A stretch of DNA of 64,000 nt from a virus (taxonomy: Duplodnaviria > Caudoviricetes): positions 178,081-242,080 of the IMG/VR virus record IMGVR_UViG_3300022555_000003; one strand, written 5' to 3'. Shown piece by piece: positions 49,559-57,761 of this stretch. Under the pieces are notes generated by a model, which was not told the DNA's origin, did no database searches, and worked only from the letters and a program-made list of their open reading frames with translations. How positions within the stretch are numbered: position 1 is the stretch's first letter; each line of letters begins with the position of its first letter. The translations under genes were made by a program, and so were the position numbers.

Positions 49559-50005
49559 TTAATCACTAAGTGGAGCTACAATTATTTTATCAAAAATAAT
49601 ATCAAAATCAGGTATTATTTTTGGAATGTCTATGTGTTTTGTTGAATCTATTGATATATGTGGAGTAAATTTAGGATAATCATGAGATGCACCAAATTTT
49701 TTCAGTAAATTAAAAATTTGCTGTATCTTTTCTGATTTAATCAGCAATACGGTTGCTTTTTCTCCTAATTTTTCCCAACTAATAATTTTTGCTGTTACAT
49801 TAACTGGCACGCAGTTTAGTACTTCTGCAGCAGGCAACGGAGAAGATGAATAACAAATAGTGCAATGAAGGTCTTTAGATTTATCATGCTCTATATTATT
49901 TTCATCACACCAATTAGCTAATTTTTCAGCGCACTCTTTGCTAAGTTTTAAAGATGCATATGTGCCATCTTTGTGTTTTGTATTTAAAATTTCATCGGCA
50001 GTCAT
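49559..50005 (-). CDS. acb1: 2H phosphoesterase, anti-CBASS nuclease Acb1 (T4 57B)-like
   Basis: GTYASLK, LHCTICYS, HDYPKFTPHISI (two HxT/S motifs), 148 aa. Confidence 0.8.
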   Translation of the reverse strand: MTADEILNTKHKDGTYASLKLSKECAEKLANWCDENNIEHDKSKDLHCTICYSSSPLPAAEVLNCVPVNVTAKIISWEKLGEKATVLLIKSEKIQQIFNLLKKFGASHDYPKFTPHISIDSTKHIDIPKIIPDFDIIFDKIIVAPLSD

Positions 50006-50024
50006 TATGCTAATATTTATCTAA

Positions 50025-50468
50025 TTAATACTTTTCAACTTCTAGAATTTCTGCTGATGTAGTTAAATATTCCCATACTTGCTCATTTACATGAGGAAGT
50101 CCTACCCAATAATTTTTAGCAGCATTTTCAACTTCAAATGAATCTTTTTCATATCCATCTGAAATCAAGCTTTCTATTTCAGATCCATAATTAATATCGT
50201 GACGTTGAATTGGTCCAAGTGGTTTTACTGTAAACATCCACTCAGTTCCTCCGCCAGCTAAATCAATATCATCAGGATCTGCTACCATAAACACAGAATC
50301 TTTATGAGATAATTTATCTGTTGGTCGATATTTTTCTAATATTTGATAAAAAGAAGTATCTCCCCAATCAGATTCATATTCTGAATGACGGGGAGATAAA
50401 ATCGTTCCTACAGGTAATTTATTGTTACTTCCGTGATAATAAGTTGTTGATATTTCAAATGCTTTCAT
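50025..50468 (-). CDS. putative H-type ADP-ribosyltransferase (Arr-like N-terminus)
   Basis: YYHGS..LPVGTILSP, VFM, terminal WEYL; starts MKAFEI; TAAATA-N5-ATG. Confidence 0.55.
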   Translation of the reverse strand: MKAFEISTTYYHGSNNKLPVGTILSPRHSEYESDWGDTSFYQILEKYRPTDKLSHKDSVFMVADPDDIDLAGGGTEWMFTVKPLGPIQRHDINYGSEIESLISDGYEKDSFEVENAAKNYWVGLPHVNEQVWEYLTTSAEILEVEKY

Positions 50469-50476
50469 ATCAATAT

Positions 50477-50689
50477 TTAGTGTCGATAAGAAATTCTTCC
50501 TTTTGATAAATCATAAGGGGACATTTCAACTGAAACTGTATCACCTAAAATAACTTTAATTCTTGCTTTTCTCATCTTTCCACTTAAATGAGCGAGTACT
50601 GTATAATCGTCATTTACGCGGACACGAAATAAGGATGGTAATACTTCTACTACTTCTCCTGTCATTTTTACTGAATCATCTACTGGCAT
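50477..50689 (-). CDS. infA: translation initiation factor IF-1
   Basis: GEVVEVLP..FRV...VLAHLSGKMRK..IKVILGDTVSVEMSPYDLSKGRISYR. Confidence 0.95.
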   Translation of the reverse strand: MPVDDSVKMTGEVVEVLPSLFRVRVNDDYTVLAHLSGKMRKARIKVILGDTVSVEMSPYDLSKGRISYRH

Positions 50690-50691
50690 AA

Positions 50692-50958
50692 TTAATAAAT
50701 TGTTTCCATAACTGAATTGTATCTAAAACTTCTCCATTCTTTTTTTTCAAGATCCCAGACGGGAATTGAATTTTCACTTTTCTTTTTTGTGACTATCTTT
50801 GGTTCGAATGCTGGCATCAATTGTTCGCACAATGTTGCTCGCATATGTCTAACAGTTCCATCTGATTTCAAAAATGTTATATTCACTATTCCATTTTGTA
50901 ATTGTGAAATTAACAAATTTTTATTTTCTTCTAAAGTGTAATCAATCTTTTTGTTCAT
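50692..50958 (-). CDS. SH3-fold phage protein (DUF2693/WYL_2-like)
   Basis: ITFLKSDGTVRHMRATL...VWDLEKKEWRSFR. Confidence 0.7.
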   Translation of the reverse strand: MNKKIDYTLEENKNLLISQLQNGIVNITFLKSDGTVRHMRATLCEQLMPAFEPKIVTKKKSENSIPVWDLEKKEWRSFRYNSVMETIY

Positions 50959-51406
50959 AAGCTAATGCAAGCACCATTTTATATTTGTCCGATATATCTT
51001 GAACTGCTGGTAGTTCCGCTGTAGTTGATGCAAGCTTGGTAAGTTCTTCAACAACCTTTTCCGCAATTTCTTGATTTGACGGATAATAAATTCTGAAGAT
51101 TCCAGCATCTTGCATTTTACTTGTTATTTCTCTAAGAACTTCTTTTTGTTTTTCTGTATAATTTAAAGCATTTGCGATATTACTTGACTTATTTGAAATA
51201 ATTTGTGCAAGGCTATTTTCAATACTATGAGCAGCCGCACTTAATGCAATAAAATCTGGATTAACATTATATCGTCTAGATCTGGTATGTGATGTAATAT
51301 GAACTAAATGATAACCTAATGGAAGAGAATCCAATAGATTATTATCTTCTATTCTTACTGCTTCGTACCTACCATTTGATAATTTTTTGTAAAAAGTTTC
51401 ACTCAT
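50942..51406 (-). CDS. hypothetical protein
   Basis: Coupled ORF. Confidence 0.7.
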   Translation of the reverse strand: MSETFYKKLSNGRYEAVRIEDNNLLDSLPLGYHLVHITSHTRSRRYNVNPDFIALSAAAHSIENSLAQIISNKSSNIANALNYTEKQKEVLREITSKMQDAGIFRIYYPSNQEIAEKVVEELTKLASTTAELPAVQDISDKYKMVLALAYEQKD

Positions 51407-51804
51407 TTATTTTCGCATAATGCACGAATAGTTAATAGTTGTCTATGTTTTTGTTTTAAATTTTCTAACGCATTATACCAAGCACCAACTGCATCAGCAA
51501 CTGTAACATTATTCATGTCTAGTCCTTCAGGTAATGTTGTTAATGGTAATAACTCTAATAACTTGGATAATTTTCGATTATCGATAATGATATCTTTACA
51601 TTTTATCTTTTCACATTCTAAAGATTCGTATGGTTGTGCTGGAGGAATATACGGAATTTGCGGATAAGTAGGATAAGTAGGATATGTGATGGTACCATAA
51701 GTAACATTTCCACTTGCAATACCTCCTCCGCTTATTGTACCAGGTACAGTTAATGTATTAGGTAAGTTAGTATACGTACTATCTGTGGTTAAATTGACTG
51801 ACAT
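51403..51804 (-). CDS. hypothetical protein
   Basis: ATAAATA 6 nt before ATG. Confidence 0.65.
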   Translation of the reverse strand: MSVNLTTDSTYTNLPNTLTVPGTISGGGIASGNVTYGTITYPTYPTYPQIPYIPPAQPYESLECEKIKCKDIIIDNRKLSKLLELLPLTTLPEGLDMNNVTVADAVGAWYNALENLKQKHRQLLTIRALCENK

Positions 51805-51809
51805 ATAAA

Positions 51810-52958
51810 CTATTTATAGTTCTTCAATAGGATCATTTCAGAAGTGATTCGACCATTCATTTTAGTCTCTACTGATTTGATTTCGTTGAACCACTTAATA
51901 CTTGCTGGCTTTCCAAGCGATAGCAATTTTTCCAACTGTTCTTTTGGCTTGCGTAGAGTCTTGCATACGCTACTAATTTCGTTGTACCCTAAAATCTTGC
52001 TGCCCTTAACATAAAATGCAGATTGCGTACTATCAGTAACATACAAACCAAGCTTCCTACGCTTCACATTATAAACCCATACTTCAGAAGATTTAAGAAT
52101 TTGAATGGGATCAAAACTTTCAATTCCGAATTCTTCATAAGTACGAATATACTTAATCTTGCCAACCATCTTTTGTGGGGAGGTATTCTTTTTAATGCTC
52201 GGCTTGCGATGAGCTGATTTCATAACACCATAGCTATAAATTTGCTCTTGTGCAGTGTTAAGCCATTCAACAATTTTATTGATCTGGCGTTTACCAAAAT
52301 TACTATACGCTTCAGACAACTGCTCATCTGTTCCAGTTGTCGACAGCTTAAATTCAAGTGCCTGCTTTTCCAAACGTTCAGCGAGTTCCTTAACACGAAT
52401 CTGTGGAATGTTGTACCTAACAAGCAATCCAACAACAGATGGTTCAGTCTCTAGTTTACTAGCAAGAAATTCATCAAACTGGAATGCAATTTCGCCTGCG
52501 CACTCACGCATCTTTTCGTTAATGCGGTCTTGAATGGTTGGTCCTTTTGGCTTCGGAACAATCAACTTCTTCTCAGCAGCACTTTTTGATGCCATTAAGA
52601 CCATGTTGCCCAAAGCAATATGGATCAATCTCAACTCATGTAAGGTCAACTTTAAGCCCATCATATTAGCTCTACATAGCCAGCCAATAGTGGACGGAAC
52701 GTTGTCGCTCTTACGGATAATGTGAGCCAAGTCCTTCCGCTTATCCAAGCGGTCCAGCCATTGTGCAACCCATTCAGACGCTGTTTTGTTTGACTGTGTG
52801 AATGTGTACCAATTAAAAGCATCACCAATCAACTTTGTTCTATAGTGTTTGGTCCAGCACTCTTGCTCTTTAACAGGAGACCACGTTGGTTCCTGCGCTC
52901 CAACCATTTTAGCATCTTCGCCTCTATAAATTAGCGGCTTGATAAACTTTGCTTTCAT
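51810..52958 (-). CDS. early hypothetical protein
   Basis: Start moved downstream of its promoter (MKAKF); higher GC than flanks. Confidence 0.75.
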   Translation of the reverse strand: MKAKFIKPLIYRGEDAKMVGAQEPTWSPVKEQECWTKHYRTKLIGDAFNWYTFTQSNKTASEWVAQWLDRLDKRKDLAHIIRKSDNVPSTIGWLCRANMMGLKLTLHELRLIHIALGNMVLMASKSAAEKKLIVPKPKGPTIQDRINEKMRECAGEIAFQFDEFLASKLETEPSVVGLLVRYNIPQIRVKELAERLEKQALEFKLSTTGTDEQLSEAYSNFGKRQINKIVEWLNTAQEQIYSYGVMKSAHRKPSIKKNTSPQKMVGKIKYIRTYEEFGIESFDPIQILKSSEVWVYNVKRRKLGLYVTDSTQSAFYVKGSKILGYNEISSVCKTLRKPKEQLEKLLSLGKPASIKWFNEIKSVETKMNGRITSEMILLKNYK

Positions 52959-52964
52959 ATAACA

Positions 52965-52993
52965 AGTATAGCAAACATAAGATATGGAGTCAA
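52965..52993 (-). promoter_or_regulatory. sigma70-type early promoter (divergent pair, left)
   Basis: TTGACT-17 nt-TATACT. Confidence 0.8.
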
Positions 52994-53123
52994 CAACTAT
53001 TTTAAGTCGTTTGTTTTCAATGCCCAATTCGGCGTAAACCGCCGTATAATGCATCGTTAGGGGAAAGTTGGGGTAATGTACCAGACTGGTCGTAAAATAC
53101 GCTTAAACGACGTTTTATTTTGG

Positions 53124-53153
53124 TTGACATTTGCTTGCCCAAACTGCTATACT
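53124..53153 (+). promoter_or_regulatory. sigma70-type early promoter (divergent pair, right)
   Basis: TTGACA-18 nt-TATACT. Confidence 0.8.
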
Positions 53154-53159
53154 TAAAGA

Positions 53160-53522
53160 GTGAAGAAGACCATAAAAATTAACAGCAAGGCTGGTCACAT
53201 ATTATATTCAGCTGATGGCAATACTTTAGTTGGCGCAAATCTTCGCGATACCAATTTACATTATGCATATTTGCCTGGTGTGGATTTAAGTTATTCAGAT
53301 TTGAGATTTTCAAATTTATATCTGGCAGATTTGAGTAATGCTAATTTACATGGTGCAAATTTAATCGAAGCAGATTTAACTAGAGCTGATTTACGTGGTG
53401 CAAATCTAGAAGATATAATAGTAAATGAATACACTGTTATAGATTTGAACACTAAATTAGATCCTGAACAACTTACATATTTGATACTTAAAGGAGTATA
53501 TTATTTTGGAAATAAAGTCTAA
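53160..53522 (+). CDS. pentapeptide repeat protein 1
   Basis: A(D/N)LxxA(D/N)L repeats. Confidence 0.9.
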   Translation: MKKTIKINSKAGHILYSADGNTLVGANLRDTNLHYAYLPGVDLSYSDLRFSNLYLADLSNANLHGANLIEADLTRADLRGANLEDIIVNEYTVIDLNTKLDPEQLTYLILKGVYYFGNKV

Positions 53523-53862
53523 GGACGGAAAAATATTGCGTACAACCCAAAAGAATACACTAGTTTTTGAAGATTTATCAAGAGAAAATTTAGGGTGGGT
53601 AGATTTTAGAGATCAGAATATGCTTGGTGTATCTTTAAATAATTCATATTTGCGCTGTGCAGATTTTCGTAGATCAAATTTGTGTCATGCAAACTTATGT
53701 GGTGCAAGTTTAGTTGAAGCAAATTTGCGTGGTGCAAATTTGTGTGATGCAGATTTTCGCAGGGCAAGTTTACGTGGAGCATATTTAGATAATGTTGAAA
53801 TAGATGAGCTTACAAGAATTGATTCAACTACTAATATTAGTGAAAAAATCTCGCCTATCTGA
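53506..53862 (+). CDS. pentapeptide repeat protein 2 (probable 1-nt deletion near 3' end)
   Basis: Pentapeptide repeats; paralog tail LAYLILLGLKYGN lies out of frame after the A6 run at 53843-53848. Confidence 0.85.
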   Translation: MEIKSKDGKILRTTQKNTLVFEDLSRENLGWVDFRDQNMLGVSLNNSYLRCADFRRSNLCHANLCGASLVEANLRGANLCDADFRRASLRGAYLDNVEIDELTRIDSTTNISEKISPI

Positions 53863-53880
53863 TTTTGCTAGGACTTAAAT

Positions 53881-54387
53881 ATGGAAATTAAAAATAAATC
53901 TGGAGTGATTTTATATGACACTTTTAACGACTCTTTAGCTGGTATAAATTTAAGTGGTGATAATTTATTTGAATTATGTTTAAGTAGATCTAATTTAGAA
54001 AGTGCAAACTTCGACTTTTCAAACATACGAGAATCAGATTTGAGTTTTTCAAATCTGAAGCACGCCCACATGCGTGATATATATGCAGAATATGTAGACT
54101 TTCATGGAGCAGATTTATATAATGCAGATTTATATAAAGCTAAGTTAAAAGGTTCAAATTTATCTGGAGCAAATCTAAAAAATTCAAATTTATATTGTTC
54201 AGATTTACGTGATGCAGATTTAAGTAATGCTGATTTGAGTGGAGTAAGTATGAGCAGAACTAATTTGTACGGCGCTAATTTAGAAAATGTAAAAATAAGT
54301 GATACAACTTTTATGAACATAACAACATTAATTTCACCAGAAAATCTCACCTATCTGATTTTGCTAGGACTTAAATATGGAAATTAA
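53881..54387 (+). CDS. pentapeptide repeat protein 3
   Basis: Pentapeptide repeats; 42-nt near-identical repeat at 53849-53890 and 54346-54387. Confidence 0.9.
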   Translation: MEIKNKSGVILYDTFNDSLAGINLSGDNLFELCLSRSNLESANFDFSNIRESDLSFSNLKHAHMRDIYAEYVDFHGADLYNADLYKAKLKGSNLSGANLKNSNLYCSDLRDADLSNADLSGVSMSRTNLYGANLENVKISDTTFMNITTLISPENLTYLILLGLKYGN

Positions 54388-54389
54388 GG

Positions 54390-54418
54390 TTGCGCTTTGG
54401 ATTAGGATCTGCTATACT
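54390..54418 (+). promoter_or_regulatory. sigma70-type promoter for RNA ligase
   Basis: TTGCGC-17 nt-TATACT. Confidence 0.6.
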
Positions 54419-54423
54419 TAATT

Positions 54424-55524
54424 ATGGAACTAAATATTCAAAAACTGTTGCGAAATATACCTAATGCTTTAGATGAAATTAAAGCACTTGGTATTGATTA
54501 TCGTGTTCACCCAAGATTTCCAAATTTGGTGCAGTTCACGTATGATCAAATTGAATCAGCTTCTAACAAATCACATCCTATTGTATGCGAATCACGCGGT
54601 TTGATTTTAGATTCTATGCAGAATTGGAACGTGGTTTCACACCCGCTTAATCGCTTTTTTAATTATGGCGAAGTAGGTAGCGCAGAAATTGACTGGAAGT
54701 CAGCTAAGATTTTTGAAAAAGTCGATGGCAGCATGTTGGTTGTTTATTGGTACGCTGGTTCGTGGCAAGTTTCAACCAAAGGAACTCCTGATGCAAACTG
54801 CAATGTAGGTGAATTTGATACCACGTTTGAAAAGTTGTTTTGGAAGTCGTTTTATAATACACACGATGCTGGTTTTTTAATTCCTGGGTGGACTTATGTT
54901 TTTGAATTAACTTCAAAATACAATCGAATTGTAACGTCTCAAATGGGCAACGAAGGGTTTGTTACGTTACTTGCAATTCGAGATCAAAAAGGTGACGAAT
55001 TAAGTGTTGACGACTGGACGCACGAATTCAATGTTGTAAAACAATTTAACATTAATACTGTGGATGCTGTTATCGAAGCGGCTAAAAATCTAGATCCTAT
55101 TTCTCAAGAAGGATTTGTTGTTGTTGACAAAAACTTCAACCGTGTTAAAATCAAGTCTCCTCGTTATGTGATGATTCACCACTTGAAGGATGCAATTAAT
55201 CCACGTCGATTAGTTGATCTCATCAAGCTTGGTGAAAAAGATGAGTGCTTGGTTTATTTTCCAGATCTTGAACAACGATATAATGAACTGCAATCTGCAA
55301 TGTATAACACTGGTATAAAAGCTGATTATTGGTTTCTTCAAGTGCGATCATTTAACAATACTCGAAAAGAGTTTGCACTTAAAGTTCAAGAAATTGTGCC
55401 TAAGCCATTATGGAGTGCAATGTTTATGATGCTCAGTGTTCAACAATCTGGGTTTGCTTGGTTATGTTCGCAAGCATCTATACGAGTTATTGAAATTTTG
55501 GAGAATTTAAATGATAAAAATTAA
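54424..55524 (+). CDS. RNA ligase (T4 Rnl1-like)
   Basis: ESRGLI, RFFN, EKVDGS (I), YVFEL (III), EGFVV (IV), RVKIK (V). Confidence 0.88.
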   Translation: MELNIQKLLRNIPNALDEIKALGIDYRVHPRFPNLVQFTYDQIESASNKSHPIVCESRGLILDSMQNWNVVSHPLNRFFNYGEVGSAEIDWKSAKIFEKVDGSMLVVYWYAGSWQVSTKGTPDANCNVGEFDTTFEKLFWKSFYNTHDAGFLIPGWTYVFELTSKYNRIVTSQMGNEGFVTLLAIRDQKGDELSVDDWTHEFNVVKQFNINTVDAVIEAAKNLDPISQEGFVVVDKNFNRVKIKSPRYVMIHHLKDAINPRRLVDLIKLGEKDECLVYFPDLEQRYNELQSAMYNTGIKADYWFLQVRSFNNTRKEFALKVQEIVPKPLWSAMFMMLSVQQSGFAWLCSQASIRVIEILENLNDKN

Positions 55525-55876
55525 TGATTTTATAGATAAATCTAGAGTTGTCCAATGGGCACAATACAAGAAAGCCAAGCGTGATGCTGGAGAGGAATGT
55601 TATAAGTGTAGTGGTTTTATTCCTTATCATTATACAGCTACGCCTGGACCAGCAATGTGTGGAAGTTGTAAAAATTTAGAGAATAATCCTGGACAGGTAT
55701 TTAGTGAAAGGTTAGTTAGATGTCCTACTTGTTCTCACCAGCAAGAAATTGATACTTATGACGATTATTCAGTTTATGAAGAAGGCGAGCACGAAGTTAT
55801 GTGTAATAATTGCGAAGAAGAGTATACAATTTCTACTTCAATAACATATACATTTAAAAGTCCAAGGTTAAATTAA
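55511..55876 (+). CDS. Cys-rich (four CxxC) zinc-ribbon protein
   Basis: CYKC, CGSC, CPTC, CNNC. Confidence 0.7.
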   Translation: MIKINDFIDKSRVVQWAQYKKAKRDAGEECYKCSGFIPYHYTATPGPAMCGSCKNLENNPGQVFSERLVRCPTCSHQQEIDTYDDYSVYEEGEHEVMCNNCEEEYTISTSITYTFKSPRLN

Positions 55877-56118
55877 TGAAAAAAACAGTTTACATATGTG
55901 ATCGTTGTGGTAAAGAATTCTCAGAAACTAGTGGAGGAACAAGTGTGGAATTCCAATTTGGTACTTACATGGATCCAGCTGAAGGTACTAAATCAGATTA
56001 TAAATACATTGACTTATGCGAAGTATGTATCTATCATTTGCTTAAAGGATGTCTGAAGAAATTAACTGAACTAGACCGTGAATCTTCTTATAATATTTTT
56101 CGGATAAAAATAAAATGA
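55876..56118 (+). CDS. small zinc-finger protein
   Basis: YICDRCGK...DLCEVC. Confidence 0.7.
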   Translation: MKKTVYICDRCGKEFSETSGGTSVEFQFGTYMDPAEGTKSDYKYIDLCEVCIYHLLKGCLKKLTELDRESSYNIFRIKIK

Positions 56119-56489
56119 TATACGGAAAGCGTGAAATTAGTACTAGTTTTATTAATCGTGTGACCATTGATAATCTACATTTCGCAAAAGAAATTTCTGA
56201 TAAATGTATAAAGTATGATGCAGACAGTGATTATCTAGTTCGAATGTCTGAAGCTGTGTGCAAGTATTGTTTTTATATTACTACTTCTAGAATAGGCGGA
56301 TGCGCTATGACTAGTCAGCCCTGCGGAATTTGTGAAGAAGTTCAAATGTATGGTAGTACTGCAACAAATGTTCTTTGCCAGCCATGTGGAGTTAAACATA
56401 ATTTGTGTGTTAGATGTGGCGCAGATCTTCTTGATCGCCCAAAAAGGAAATTCAAAAATGAAGAGTCCAACACTAAAAGAAAAAGTTGA
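56115..56489 (+). CDS. Cys-rich hypothetical protein
   Basis: CKYC, CGIC, CQPC, CVRC. Confidence 0.7.
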   Translation: MIYGKREISTSFINRVTIDNLHFAKEISDKCIKYDADSDYLVRMSEAVCKYCFYITTSRIGGCAMTSQPCGICEEVQMYGSTATNVLCQPCGVKHNLCVRCGADLLDRPKRKFKNEESNTKRKS

Positions 56490-56679
56490 GGTGTATGAAA
56501 ATCTGCTGCATACTCTTAATACTTATTTTGCAATTACAATGAGTTCAGAAAAAGTTAAAGAAGTTCTTTGTGAGATTTCAAATTGGTCCTATGCTCACAG
56601 AGTAGGAAATGGAACTTTAACTGATCGAGAACAATCTAAATTAGTAAATAAACATTTTGATAACTTTAAAAAACTATGA
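56458..56679 (+). CDS. hypothetical protein
   Basis: Start moved to MKSPTLKE (AAGGA RBS). Confidence 0.6.
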   Translation: MKSPTLKEKVEVYENLLHTLNTYFAITMSSEKVKEVLCEISNWSYAHRVGNGTLTDREQSKLVNKHFDNFKKL

Positions 56680-57062
56680 CACCAAATGAATTATCAGATT
56701 TAATAAAACGTCTTCGTAAGCGTCAAACGAAACTAGCTGTTACTATCGAAAAAACATTGGAACTATGTAAACACGAAAAAGTTGTCACATTGTGTTCGTA
56801 TTATGGTGGAAGCTATTCTTATGATCGAGATGATTGGCATCCCGAAATGAGAAAATGTTTGATTTGTGGTCTAATAGAGTGTGGTCCATCTACAGATATT
56901 GATGAATTCAAACTATTAAAAAATCCAATTAAACGATTTGAATACAGTGTTCTTGATAGTAAAAATAAAGGGTGGAAAGATAGTCCATTAAATAATACCA
57001 TGAAATATTCACTCGAACAATTAGAAAAATGGGTGTCTGAGTCTGGATATCGAGTATGGTAA
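56676..57062 (+). CDS. hypothetical protein
   Basis: ATGA coupling. Confidence 0.65.
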   Translation: MTPNELSDLIKRLRKRQTKLAVTIEKTLELCKHEKVVTLCSYYGGSYSYDRDDWHPEMRKCLICGLIECGPSTDIDEFKLLKNPIKRFEYSVLDSKNKGWKDSPLNNTMKYSLEQLEKWVSESGYRVW

Positions 57063-57442
57063 GCGACTTGTTTAAGCAGTTATTTTTTGGATATGAAGTA
57101 GCACTTGGTGTCATCGGAGTTGCTATATTTGTTGGAGTATTGGTGTATGTCTTACAAGGTAAAAAATATACTCAAGAAGAAATTAATGAGTTAGATGCGA
57201 AGCTAATTCATAAGTATCAAGTAAAATCTTTTGAAAATTCAAATCTATTAAAAAATAGCAAGTATTATACGGCTACTTCAGACGAGATTATAAGTCAAAT
57301 GACAAATGAATTAACTCCAAACGAAATTTATTGCAAACTTTTTCTTTATTATATTCAAACAAAAAAATGTCGTTCTGATGTATTAAGAATGTATAAAGAA
57401 GAATTTGAAAATATTGGTCGGAAGCCAGAATGGCATAAATAA
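57056..57442 (+). CDS. membrane-anchored hypothetical protein
   Basis: N-terminal TM helix. Confidence 0.65.
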   Translation: MVSDLFKQLFFGYEVALGVIGVAIFVGVLVYVLQGKKYTQEEINELDAKLIHKYQVKSFENSNLLKNSKYYTATSDEIISQMTNELTPNEIYCKLFLYYIQTKKCRSDVLRMYKEEFENIGRKPEWHK

Positions 57443-57446
57443 GTTT

Positions 57447-57720
57447 GTAGGTGATGATCTGGACTGAAAACTTTCTGGACGCGAATTCGAATTTCGCCAT
57501 CTCCACTGAGCATATTCTAATAAGTGTGTTGAGTGGGGATGTACAGGTTTCGACAGGATGGAATGGGAATAGGGAATCTACCGTGAAGTGCTCACGAAAA
57601 ACAGAACAAAACTATAAACGACACAACTAATAATTGGATCGCTACTGGTTCTTACGACTTCAGCAATGAAGATGTATTAGCATAAACAGATGAGTTGATC
57701 GCTTGGAAACAGAAAGATCG
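57447..57720 (+). ncRNA. ssrA: circularly permuted (two-piece) tmRNA
   Basis: T-arm GCGAA-TTCGAAT-TTCGC plus acceptor 3' strand CATCTCCA (57498-57505) precede the 5' strand GGGGATG..AGGTTTCGAC (57535); resume TAAAC|GAC at 57620; tag ORF 57620-57685; CTTGGAAACAGAA motif downstream. Confidence 0.9.
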
Positions 57721-57721
57721 T

Positions 57722-57755
57722 AAAAATGGCGTACCGTAAAAAGTACGCCATTTTT
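57722..57755. terminator. bidirectional intrinsic terminator
   Basis: AAAAATGGCGTAC / GTACGCCATTTTT. Confidence 0.85.
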
Positions 57756-57761
57756 ATCTAT

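Noticed and set aside
57475-57506. tRNA gene
   Set aside because: The T-arm and acceptor 3' strand have no preceding D/anticodon arms; their 5' partner lies downstream, so this is the tmRNA acceptor piece
57288-57506. Minus-strand 72-aa ORF
   Set aside because: Overlaps the tmRNA acceptor piece and a plus-strand gene; no support
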